NCBI GenBank assembly: GCA_035629175.1
Contig: DASPIL010000019.1
Span: 12,427 to 76,426 of the forward strand
Origin: Verrucomicrobiia bacterium
GTDB lineage: Bacteria > Verrucomicrobiota > Verrucomicrobiia > Limisphaerales > DASXHY01
Direction of reading: 5' to 3'
DNA length: 64,000 nucleotides
The notes under the pieces are model-generated. The model was not told the DNA's origin. It made no database searches and saw only the letters and a list, made by a program, of their open reading frames with translations. Below are positions 10,204 to 18,718 of the stretch, piece by piece; positions within the stretch are counted from its first letter, which is position 1; each line of letters starts with the position of its first letter. Position numbers and translations under genes: made by a program.

Positions 10204-11154
10204 ATGATCCCGCGCGAGATTCTCAAGAAGATCCGGCAAATCGAGCTGCGCACCAATCGGCTCGTGAGTGAAAGCCTGGCAGGCGCCTATCACAGCGTCT
10301 TCAAGGGACAGGGGATGAACTTCGATGAGGTTCGCGAGTATCAGCCCGGCGACGAAGTGCGCACGATCGATTGGAACGTCACGGCGCGGATGAATCATCC
10401 GTTCGTGAAAAAGTTTGTGGAGGAACGGGAGCTGACGCTGATGCTCGTCGTCGACGTGAGTGGTTCAGGACTGTTTGGTTCGCGCGGACAATCGAAACGC
10501 GAGCTGGCCGCCGAGATTGCCTCGGTGCTCGCGTTTTCAGCCATTCGAAACAACGACAAGGTTGGCGTCATCCTGTTCAGCGACACCGTCGAGAAATTCA
10601 TCCCGCCCCGTAAGGGAAGGAAGCACGTGCTCCGGGTCATTCGTGAGGTGTTGTTTTTCGAGCCAAAACGCCGCGGGACGGATCTGAATGCGGCGTTGGA
10701 GTTTCTGATGCATGTCACGCGGCACAAGGCGATCGCTGTGGTCATCTCGGACTTCATCGGGTCGCCTGCGTTGCAGAACCGCGGCGGGAGGATGCGGCCT
10801 CAATTGATGCTATTGGAGTCCCTGGCGCAGGCCTCATTCACGATGCTGCGGCAGGCGAATCGACGCCACGATCTCGTTGCGGTGCAGATCACCGATCCCT
10901 ACGAGATGGAATTGCCGTCTCTTGGGAGGTTGGTCCTCGAAGATGCCGAGACCGGCGAGATCGTGGAAGTGAGCACGGGCGACCAGCGCAAGCGAAAGGC
11001 TTTTGCCGAACGCCAGGCCAGGGCGCAGGCGGACGTGGCGCGGCTGTTCCGGACGGCCGCGATCGATGCCATCCAGTTGCGCACCGATGAATCGTACACA
11101 ATGGCGCTCGCGCGGTTTTTTGAAACGCGGGAGAAGCGGAGGTTGCGGGCATGA
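10204..11154 (+). CDS. DUF58 domain protein (MoxR partner)
   Basis: EVREYQPGDEVRTIDWNVTAR motif. Sits directly after MoxR. Confidence 0.85.
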   Translation: MIPREILKKIRQIELRTNRLVSESLAGAYHSVFKGQGMNFDEVREYQPGDEVRTIDWNVTARMNHPFVKKFVEERELTLMLVVDVSGSGLFGSRGQSKRELAAEIASVLAFSAIRNNDKVGVILFSDTVEKFIPPRKGRKHVLRVIREVLFFEPKRRGTDLNAALEFLMHVTRHKAIAVVISDFIGSPALQNRGGRMRPQLMLLESLAQASFTMLRQANRRHDLVAVQITDPYEMELPSLGRLVLEDAETGEIVEVSTGDQRKRKAFAERQARAQADVARLFRTAAIDAIQLRTDESYTMALARFFETREKRRLRA

Positions 11155-11726
11155 CCAATGCAGCCGCGTCCAATGCGATTCGCGACATCAAACCGCCCGT
11201 CGAGATTCCGAGCGGATGGGAATGGCTGTGGTGGACGCTGGGCGCCATCGCCGTGGCGGGCATCATCGCGTGGGTGATCTGGTGGTGGAGAAGGCGCCAG
11301 ATGAAGCCTGACGCCGTGCCGCTGGTGCCTGCGCATGTTCGCGCGCGGCAAAAACTTGAAGCGGCTTTGGGTTTGATTTCGCAGCCGAAGCCGTTCTGCA
11401 TCGCGGTCTCGGACACCGTGCGGTTTTACCTGGAGGAGCGCTTCAACTTCCATGCTCCCGAACGCACCACTGAGGAGTTTCTGCACGAATTGAGCGGCAC
11501 CAACCTGCTGCTGCCGGATCAGAAAGAAACGCTGGGCGATTTCCTGACGCGTTGCGACCTGGTGAAGTTTGCGCGTTATGAACCACGCGAGGCGGAATTG
11601 CGGGAGTTGCACCAGTCTGCAATTCGACTGATCGACGAAACACAGCCGATGGAAGAAGTGCAAGGGGACAGAAACGAGCAGGCGCTGAAAGCGTCAGCCG
11701 AAACTGAAAAAGTGCCGCGCGGATGA
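11151..11726 (+). CDS. DUF4381-like single-pass membrane protein
   Basis: W-rich TM helix (WEWLWWTLGAIAVAGIIAWVIWWWRRR), then an ARQKLE...DLVKFARY region. ATGA overlap with DUF58. Confidence 0.65.
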   Translation: MTNAAASNAIRDIKPPVEIPSGWEWLWWTLGAIAVAGIIAWVIWWWRRRQMKPDAVPLVPAHVRARQKLEAALGLISQPKPFCIAVSDTVRFYLEERFNFHAPERTTEEFLHELSGTNLLLPDQKETLGDFLTRCDLVKFARYEPREAELRELHQSAIRLIDETQPMEEVQGDRNEQALKASAETEKVPRG

Positions 11727-12727
11727 ATCTGACGTTTGGATATCCCTGGCTTTTGTTGCTGCTGCTCGCGCTTCCTTTCCTCGCGTGGCTCAAAAGTCGC
11801 AGCGGGCAGCCACCTGCCTTCGTCTATTCTTCGGTCCAATTGGTTCGCGCGGTCCTCAATGTCCGCCGCTCGCGTTCCGGGCGGTTTCTATCGGCGCTCC
11901 GCTGGATATCGCTGGCTTTGCTGATCTTCGCACTCGCGCAGCCGCGGTTCAGCCATAGCGAGACGCGTGTCAGTGCCAGCGGCATTGACATTGCAGTCGC
12001 GATGGACCTTTCGGGGAGCATGGCTGCCGAGGATTTCCAGTTGAACGGGCAGCGCGTTAATCGTCTGCACATGGCCAAACACGTGCTCGAACGCTTCATC
12101 CAAAAACGTGAAAATGACCGCATCGGCATTATCGCGTTTGGCACGCAGGCCTACATTGCTTCACCACTCACCCTGGACCACGATTTCCTTCTCAGGAACC
12201 TGGAGCGGCTGGAACTCGGCGCTGTTGAAGGGAACCAGACGGCAATTGGATCGGGACTTGGCACGGCTGTGAATCGATTGCGGGAACTGAAGTCGAAGAG
12301 CAAGATCGTGATCCTCATGACTGACGGCGTGAACAACGCAGGCAAGATCGCTCCGCTGACCGCGGCCGAGGCGGCACAGGCCCTCGGGATCAAGGTCTAT
12401 ACAATCGGCGTCGGAATGCGGGGCCACGCGCCGATGCCAACGCAGGACATGTTCGGCCGCCGCGTCTATCAGATGGTGCCTGTCGACATCGATGAAGACA
12501 CGCTTCAGAAGATTGCCGGGATGACTGACGGCAAGTACTACCGCGCTGACAATACTGAACGATTTGAGGCGATTTATGAGGAGATCGACAAGCTGGAGAA
12601 GACCGAGGCGGAGGTGAAAAAGTACGCGCATCACCGTGAGCTGTTTGCGATGATCATCAGCGCTGCGCTGGGACTGCTCCTGATTGAGACGGTCCTCAAA
12701 CATACGCTGCTGCGGAGGCTGCCATGA
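11723..12727 (+). CDS. batA: VWA domain protein BatA
   Basis: BatA-type N-terminus (FGYPWLLLLLLALPFLAWL). VWA MIDAS motif DLSGSM. C-terminal TM helix. Confidence 0.85.
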   Translation: MNLTFGYPWLLLLLLALPFLAWLKSRSGQPPAFVYSSVQLVRAVLNVRRSRSGRFLSALRWISLALLIFALAQPRFSHSETRVSASGIDIAVAMDLSGSMAAEDFQLNGQRVNRLHMAKHVLERFIQKRENDRIGIIAFGTQAYIASPLTLDHDFLLRNLERLELGAVEGNQTAIGSGLGTAVNRLRELKSKSKIVILMTDGVNNAGKIAPLTAAEAAQALGIKVYTIGVGMRGHAPMPTQDMFGRRVYQMVPVDIDEDTLQKIAGMTDGKYYRADNTERFEAIYEEIDKLEKTEAEVKKYAHHRELFAMIISAALGLLLIETVLKHTLLRRLP

Positions 12728-12794
12728 AATGGTTTCACCTCCTTGCACGTGAACACAGGCCGGCTGCAAGGGCATCGTCACGGACTTTGAGCAC

Positions 12795-14489
12795 ATGAGT
12801 TTCGCAAGTCCCCAATTCCTTTGGCTGCTCGCGGTGATTCCTGCGCTGTTGATCCTGTTTTTCTGGTGGTCGGCGCGGGCGAGGCGCGAGCTCATGGTGC
12901 AGTTCATCCATGCACGATTGCTGCCAAATCTGCTGTCGGGATTGTCGCCCGGGCGGGAGAAGCTGCGGTCCGGATTATTCATCGCCGGAATCGGCTTCCT
13001 GTTGCTCGCGCTCGCTGGGCCGCGCTTCGGATATGATCTCGAGGAAGTCCGGCAACGCGGGCTGGACATCGTGGTTGCCATCGACACATCCAAAAGCATG
13101 CTGGCCGAAGACGTGGCCCCGAACCGTCTTGCCCGCGCAAAATACGCCGCGCTCGATTTGATGCAGCACGCGCAATCCGATCGGCTGGGGTTGGTGGCAT
13201 TTGCAGGCAGCGCCTTTTTGCAGTGTCCGCTGACCATTGACGATTCCGCATTTCGACAGAGCGTGGATCTGCTGGATGTGAATACGCTGCCGCAGGGAGG
13301 AACAGCACTGGCGGAAGCCATCGAGACCGCGCTCAGCGCATTCAAAGAAGGCGAAAACCACAAGGTGCTCGTGCTGTTTTCGGACGGTGAGGATCACGAT
13401 TCGGACGCGGTGAAGGCGGCAGAGCAGGCGGCGAGGGAGGGATTGCGCATTTTTACGGTGGGATTTGGATCGGCAGAAGGGGAACTGCTGCGCGTCAAGC
13501 TGCCCACGGGTCAGACCGACTATGTTCGGGATGCTGCGGGGAATGTCGTCAAGTCGCGGTTGAATGAGGGCTTGCTCCAGGAGGTGGCAAAAGCCGGCAG
13601 CGGGTTTTACCTTCCAATGCGGGGCGCGAAAGTGATCGAAACGTTGTATCAGAACGGCCTGGCTCCGCTTCCCAAATCGGAATCGCAGGAAAGGTGGGTG
13701 CGGCAGCCGCGCCAGAGATATCACTGGCCGCTCGCGATCGGATTGTTCCTGCTTGTCATGGAAATGTGCATTCCTGAGAGGCGGCCTGCCGCGCGCCGTT
13801 CCGGCAAGCAGGTGCTGCCTGCTGCGGCCGCAATGCTGGCGGCGGCAGCGCTTGCGTGCGTCCCCGTTCATGCCTCGCCTTCCGCGGGGTTTCGGGATTA
13901 CGAAGCGGGAAAATTTGGGGAAGCACTAAAGCAGTTCGAGGAGGCGCTGGGGCGGAAGCCGGACGATATGCGGTTGCGGTTCAATGCAGGCGCCGCAGCC
14001 TATCGCCAGCAATTATTTCAGCAGGCGAGCAACCACTTCAATAACGTGCTCGCCGCCCCGGATTTGGGATTGCAACAGCGGGCTTATTATAACCTGGGCA
14101 ACACGCTGTACCAGATGGGTTCGGAGGAAGCGGATCCGCAGAGGAAAATGGCTCGATGGCAGGAAGCGCTGGAACGTTACGAAAGCGCGCTGCGATTGAA
14201 CCAGGACGACGCGGACGCAAAGTTCAACCTGGAGTTTGTTCGCGCCGAGCTGGAGAAGCTCAAGCAGGAGCAGCAACAGCAACAGCAGGATTCCCCGCCA
14301 CCAGCCCCGAGCGAGGCTGCGAAAAAAGCGAAGGCCGAGGCGGATCAGGCGGTGCGCCGCCGTGAATACGCGCGAGCGCTCCAGATCATGGAATCGCAAT
14401 TGAAAAACGATCCGACCACCGCTGCGTATTCAGATTACATTCAACGATTGAAAGAGGTGACTGGTGTCCAGACTGTTCCTCGCCCTTAG
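12795..14489 (+). CDS. batB: VWA + TPR protein BatB
   Basis: N-terminal TM helices, VWA motif DTSKSM, TPR repeats in the C-terminal third, short poly-Q tract. Confidence 0.85.
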   Translation: MSFASPQFLWLLAVIPALLILFFWWSARARRELMVQFIHARLLPNLLSGLSPGREKLRSGLFIAGIGFLLLALAGPRFGYDLEEVRQRGLDIVVAIDTSKSMLAEDVAPNRLARAKYAALDLMQHAQSDRLGLVAFAGSAFLQCPLTIDDSAFRQSVDLLDVNTLPQGGTALAEAIETALSAFKEGENHKVLVLFSDGEDHDSDAVKAAEQAAREGLRIFTVGFGSAEGELLRVKLPTGQTDYVRDAAGNVVKSRLNEGLLQEVAKAGSGFYLPMRGAKVIETLYQNGLAPLPKSESQERWVRQPRQRYHWPLAIGLFLLVMEMCIPERRPAARRSGKQVLPAAAAMLAAAALACVPVHASPSAGFRDYEAGKFGEALKQFEEALGRKPDDMRLRFNAGAAAYRQQLFQQASNHFNNVLAAPDLGLQQRAYYNLGNTLYQMGSEEADPQRKMARWQEALERYESALRLNQDDADAKFNLEFVRAELEKLKQEQQQQQQDSPPPAPSEAAKKAKAEADQAVRRREYARALQIMESQLKNDPTTAAYSDYIQRLKEVTGVQTVPRP

Positions 14490-15087
14490 CGTCGTGCTCG
14501 CGTGCGGGCCCGCTTTTGCGCAATCCGCGCAGGATTATTTCCATCGCGGGGCGCAGTTCTATGTGTTTGGCGATAAGCCCAAGGCCGCCATAGAGGTGCA
14601 AACCGGTTTGCAGCGTTTTCCCATGGATCGGCCTCTGAACGAATTGGCAGGGCTGTTGCGAAAAGAGGAACAGGAACAGCAACAACAACAGCAGCAGCAA
14701 AAACAGGAACAGCAACAGGAACAGAACGAGCCGCAGGAGCAGCAGCAGAATTCCCAGCCGAACCAGGACCAGCAGCAGGGCAACGAGCAACAACAGCGCG
14801 AGCCACAGCAGGCACAAAACGAGCAGCAGAAACCAGAGTCGAAGCAAGGCGAACGCGACAACGACGAGAAACAATCGAAGGAAGATCAGCAGCAACAATC
14901 GGCCAAGGCGAACGAAGACCCCGCTGAAGGTGAAGCGACAGGGCAGGAGAACGCCGCCAAGGACGGGCGGATGACCCCCGAACAGGCAATGCGGCTGCTG
15001 GACAATCACAAGGAGAGTGAACAGATGCTGCCCATTCGCCCTGATCAGCCGCCTGAGGAACGATCGAAGCCGGTTCGGGATTGGTAA
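14464..15087 (+). CDS. BatC-like exported protein with a long Q/E/N-rich disordered region
   Basis: GTG start. Signal peptide MSRLFLALSVVLACGPAFAQ, one TPR-like unit, an ~85-aa Q-rich tract, and a conserved-looking tail MTPEQAMRLLDNHKESE...RDW. Overlaps the batB end by 26 nt. Confidence 0.6.
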   Translation: MSRLFLALSVVLACGPAFAQSAQDYFHRGAQFYVFGDKPKAAIEVQTGLQRFPMDRPLNELAGLLRKEEQEQQQQQQQQKQEQQQEQNEPQEQQQNSQPNQDQQQGNEQQQREPQQAQNEQQKPESKQGERDNDEKQSKEDQQQQSAKANEDPAEGEATGQENAAKDGRMTPEQAMRLLDNHKESEQMLPIRPDQPPEERSKPVRDW

Positions 15088-15146
15088 GAAGTGTTAACGG
15101 GAACTTTCCGCTTTGCATCGGTGCAGCAGGGTGTTTCAGTTCTGCC

Positions 15147-15875
15147 GTGGTTGGAACCTGGATCAACGTTGCTGGCATACTGATTGGCGCCCTGATGGGC
15201 GTGGTGTGGAAGCAGAATCTTGCTCCTGGGACCCAGATGTTCATCAAAACGCTGCTCGGCGCCCTGCTTCTCTTTAGCGGTTTGCGGCTGGGCTGGGTTG
15301 GACTCACTTCGGGCGGCACGTTCGTTTCTCTCCTCAAGCAGTTGGCGCTGGTTTTCGTCGCCCTCGCCCTCGGAAAATGGGTCGGACGGCTCATGCGATT
15401 GCAGAAGACGTCAAATCGTCTCGGACAGTTTGCCCGCAGGAAAATGGAGTCGGCCTCGCCCTCTAATCCAAACCGGTTCAGCGACGGATTCTTCGTCTGC
15501 GCGCTGCTCTTCTGCGCTGCGCCCCTGGGAAGCGTCGGGGCGCTGACCGACGGGCTTGATGGCTTTTGGCTCCCGCTGGCGATCAAAGGCGTGATGGATG
15601 GACTCGGCGCCGTCAGTTTCGCTGCAATGTTTGGGGTGGGGGTCCTGTTTTCTTCTGTTCCTGTTCTCGTATTCCAGGGCTCGATCACGCTTGTCGCTGC
15701 CCGCTGGCTGTTGCCGTGGCTGGAAAGCCGCGGCGTGGCTGACCCGCTTCACACGACTGCCGGATTCCTGGTGATTTGCATTTCCCTGCTGGTGTTCGAA
15801 ATGCGTCGAATTGAAGTCACAGATTACCTCCCTGCGCTCGTTCTTGCGCCGTTGTTCGCGTGGTGGCTTGGGTGA
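15147..15875 (+). CDS. DUF554 family membrane protein
   Basis: The (V)VGTWINVAGILIGALMG N-terminus is typical of DUF554 when started at GTG 15147. Polytopic. The track start at 15081 (TTG) is an alternative. Confidence 0.7.
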   Translation: MVGTWINVAGILIGALMGVVWKQNLAPGTQMFIKTLLGALLLFSGLRLGWVGLTSGGTFVSLLKQLALVFVALALGKWVGRLMRLQKTSNRLGQFARRKMESASPSNPNRFSDGFFVCALLFCAAPLGSVGALTDGLDGFWLPLAIKGVMDGLGAVSFAAMFGVGVLFSSVPVLVFQGSITLVAARWLLPWLESRGVADPLHTTAGFLVICISLLVFEMRRIEVTDYLPALVLAPLFAWWLG

Positions 15876-15962
15876 TTAACCTGCTGTTGCTCTGGCAGTT
15901 CAGTCCCGGCGTAGGGTTTTCACCCTATGGCAAAATTTCATCGAAATTTTCATTGTCGAACC

Positions 15963-16526
15963 ATGCAGAACATCCTGTCCATACCTCCGCTTCGAGCTCC
16001 TGAAAATGAGGAGAATCCCACCTTGAACGTGGTGATTGCCTACGAGGATTTCGAGATGGGGAAACAGGGCAAAAACACCTACGACCGGCTGGTCGACCAG
16101 CTCAGCCACGAATTCAAGTTTTCCAGTCACATGTGGAAGTTCGATGTCCTGACCGTCCCGAAATTAAAGGAAATGGCAGCGAGGGACGCTGCCATGGCGG
16201 ACATCATCATCATCGCCGCACATGGGGATGCGGAGCTGCCGGTGGCCGTGAAATCCTGGATTGAAATGGCATTGGCCGAAGGGATTCAGGCGATCGGTTT
16301 GGTCGGTTTGTTCGATCGCAACGCTGCCGCTGACAATCCATGCCGTGTTTATCTGGGGAGCATTGCCCAGATGGCCAACCTTGAGTTCTTTTCACAGCCG
16401 AGCGACATGTCTCCTACGGGTCCTGAAGAAACCAACAAGGCCGAGAGCGCCGCCAGGTCCATTTCGATCCTGAGTGACAGTTTGGAATCGAACCGGCACA
16501 TCTCTCGGTGGGGAATCAACGAATAG
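15963..16526 (+). CDS. hypothetical alpha/beta protein (flavodoxin- or TIR-like pattern, unassigned)
   Basis: NVVIAYEDFEMGKQ ... ADIIIIAAHGDAELPVAVKSWIE strand-helix pattern. Start uncertain (15927 or 15963). Confidence 0.5.
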   Translation: MQNILSIPPLRAPENEENPTLNVVIAYEDFEMGKQGKNTYDRLVDQLSHEFKFSSHMWKFDVLTVPKLKEMAARDAAMADIIIIAAHGDAELPVAVKSWIEMALAEGIQAIGLVGLFDRNAAADNPCRVYLGSIAQMANLEFFSQPSDMSPTGPEETNKAESAARSISILSDSLESNRHISRWGINE

Positions 16527-16531
16527 ATGTC

Positions 16532-16717
16532 ATGGCAAGAAAACTCAAATCGGAGGAGGCGGAAGTCTTCACTGGCGCGCTCGATAATTCTGAGATCCCG
16601 ACGGACGCAGATGCGTTCCTGAGAAGCCTTCTCGACAAACAGGATGAGCCGCTGGAGATGACTCTGGTGCCCGGAATGTGGATCAGCAACGCGCCTTTTC
16701 GTTCTTTCAAGGAATGA
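16532..16717 (+). CDS. small acidic hypothetical protein
   Basis: 61-codon ORF beginning 6 nt after the previous stop, with moderately GC-rich third positions. No recognisable motif. Confidence 0.3.
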   Translation: MARKLKSEEAEVFTGALDNSEIPTDADAFLRSLLDKQDEPLEMTLVPGMWISNAPFRSFKE

Positions 16718-16765
16718 TTCGACTCGCATGATGCCTCCTGCCTGTCGGTCCGATTGAGGCTGCGT

Positions 16766-17725
16766 ATGGGAGCCATCCGCGCGCCGAAACAACCAGCTGT
16801 CAAGGGATCTGCTAAGCCGGCTGAGCTGAAACAGGTGCTCGAGGTTCAGGGACGGAAGGTGCCCGTCTCGAGGCTCGAGAAAGTTTTCTATCCTGCCACT
16901 GGATTCACCAAGGGCGATGTCATCGATTTCTACATCCGCATCTCATCGGTTCTCCTGCCGCATTTGAAGAATCGGCCGTTGACGCTGAAACGGTATCCTG
17001 ACGGAGTTGAAGGCGGTTTTTTCTACGAGAAGCGGTGCCCGCCGTACCGGCCTGATTGGGTGCAAACCGCGCCCGTCTGGAGCGACAAGAACGACTCCGA
17101 AATCCATTTCTGTCTTGCCAACGATCTTCCGTCGATCATCTGGGCCGCGAACCTTGGAGACCTCGAATTGCACACGTTTCTCGCCAAGGCCAAGCAGATT
17201 GATCGGCCTACCATGCTCGTGTTTGATCTTGATCCTGGTCCGCCCGCAAACATCGTCCAGTGTTGCGAGGTCGGTCTCCTCGTGAAGGAACGGTTCGATC
17301 GCATGGGCCTGGAATCGTTCGCTAAAACATCCGGATCCAAGGGTCTGCAGGTCTATGTCCCCCTCAACACTGCGGTTTCATACGACACGACCAAAACCTT
17401 TGCGCACAACCTGGCGCAGGAGTTGGAATCGCAACGGCCTGAGCTGATTGTGTCGCGCATGGAAAAGCGGCTGAGGACGGGCAAGATCCTCGTGGATTGG
17501 AGCCAGAACGACCGCCATAAGACCACGGTGTGCGTTTATTCCCTGCGCGCAAAGGAACATCCGACCGTGTCGACCCCCGTCACATGGGAGGAAGTCAGGA
17601 GCGCGTTGAAGAAGAAAGATCCTGACAAATTGCGATTCACGTCCGATGAAGTCCTTCGCCGGGTCGAAAAGCACGGTGACCTGTTCGAGCCGGTTTTGAA
17701 GCTGAAGCAAAAGTTAAAGGGATAA
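16766..17725 (+). CDS. ligD: NHEJ DNA polymerase/primase (stand-alone LigD polymerase domain)
   Basis: KVFYPATGFTKGDVIDFY...LKRYPDGVEGGFFYEKR...MLVFDLDP...SGSKGLQVYVPL motifs of the LigD Pol domain. Confidence 0.9.
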   Translation: MGAIRAPKQPAVKGSAKPAELKQVLEVQGRKVPVSRLEKVFYPATGFTKGDVIDFYIRISSVLLPHLKNRPLTLKRYPDGVEGGFFYEKRCPPYRPDWVQTAPVWSDKNDSEIHFCLANDLPSIIWAANLGDLELHTFLAKAKQIDRPTMLVFDLDPGPPANIVQCCEVGLLVKERFDRMGLESFAKTSGSKGLQVYVPLNTAVSYDTTKTFAHNLAQELESQRPELIVSRMEKRLRTGKILVDWSQNDRHKTTVCVYSLRAKEHPTVSTPVTWEEVRSALKKKDPDKLRFTSDEVLRRVEKHGDLFEPVLKLKQKLKG

Positions 17726-17821
17726 TGTGAGGTTGAATTAAGCGCGCTTCGGATCGCTGCCACTGCCCACTTTACCCCAATGGATTCCGGGGAGTCGGCA
17801 CGTAAGTTAAGCCCGAAATCT

Positions 17822-18661
17822 ATGCGTGCCATCTGGAAAGGCTCAATCAGCTTCAGCCTCATCAATATTCCCATCGCCCTTTACCCCGCGACGCGGAAGG
17901 AGGAACTGAAGTTTCGTTTGCTGCGTGCGAGCGATCTCAGCCCCGTAAATTACAAACGAGTGGCCGAAGCGGATGGTGTTGAAGTGCCGTGGGACCAGAT
18001 CGTCAAGGGCTACGAATATGAGAAGGGCAAATTCGTGGTGCTGAAGGACGAGGATTTCAAGCGCGCTGACGTGGAGGCCACACAAAGCGTCGACATCATA
18101 GACTTCGTGGATCTCGACGACATCAACCCCATTTTTTTCGACAAACCGTATTATCTCGAACCCGAAAAGCGGGGCGAAAAAGCATATGCATTGCTGCGCG
18201 AAGCTTTGAAGCAGAGCGGCAAGGTGGGCATTGCGAAAGTGGTCATCAAGACACGACAACACCTCGCTGCAGTCAAACCGCAGAAACAAGTGCTTGCGCT
18301 CGAGCTCATGCATTTTGCGGAGGAAATCGTGGACGCGTCCGAGCTCAAGATCCCTGAGGCTCCGGATGTAGGTACGCGCGAACTCGCAATGGCTAAAGAT
18401 CTGGTCGATAAAATGAGCGTCAAATGGGATCCATCGAAGTACACCGATGATTATCGGCATCGCATCCTCGATGTGATTCACGAGAAGGTGGAAAGCGGCG
18501 GGAAGGAAGCCGCACCCCGAGGAACGCCGAAGAAAGCCACCAACGTCGTGGATCTTGTATCGGTCTTGCAGGAAAGCCTTGAGCAGGCATCCCGTTCATC
18601 GGGCGGCCATTCAAAGCGCAAGACGACATCGCACAAGCGAAAGATAAGCCGGGCGGCTTAG
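17822..18661 (+). CDS. ku: Ku protein (NHEJ end-binding)
   Basis: MRAIWKGSISFSLINIPIALYPAT N-terminus, YYLEP motif, basic C-terminal tail. Confidence 0.95.
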   Translation: MRAIWKGSISFSLINIPIALYPATRKEELKFRLLRASDLSPVNYKRVAEADGVEVPWDQIVKGYEYEKGKFVVLKDEDFKRADVEATQSVDIIDFVDLDDINPIFFDKPYYLEPEKRGEKAYALLREALKQSGKVGIAKVVIKTRQHLAAVKPQKQVLALELMHFAEEIVDASELKIPEAPDVGTRELAMAKDLVDKMSVKWDPSKYTDDYRHRILDVIHEKVESGGKEAAPRGTPKKATNVVDLVSVLQESLEQASRSSGGHSKRKTTSHKRKISRAA

Positions 18662-18718
18662 CCCCGGGTTGGATATCTGGGCCGGTTTCGAACGGCTGCG
18701 TGTGTCGTCAGCATCGTC

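Noticed and set aside
12161-13363. 400-aa minus-strand ORF antisense to batA/batB. Similar long antisense ORFs are 14486..15688, 8035..9036, 20214..21170, 41345..42232, 55380..56645, 31189..32010, 4993..5892 and 45185..46126.
   Set aside because: They overlap genes with strong family motifs on the other strand. Their translations are Arg/Pro/Ala/Ser-rich with no motifs, as expected for stop-poor shadow frames in GC-rich DNA.
14662-14920. CAG/CAA-rich stretch as a DNA microsatellite or non-coding repeat.
   Set aside because: The triplets are imperfect and stay in frame within an ORF that has a signal peptide and a conserved-looking tail, so I treat it as a coding low-complexity region.
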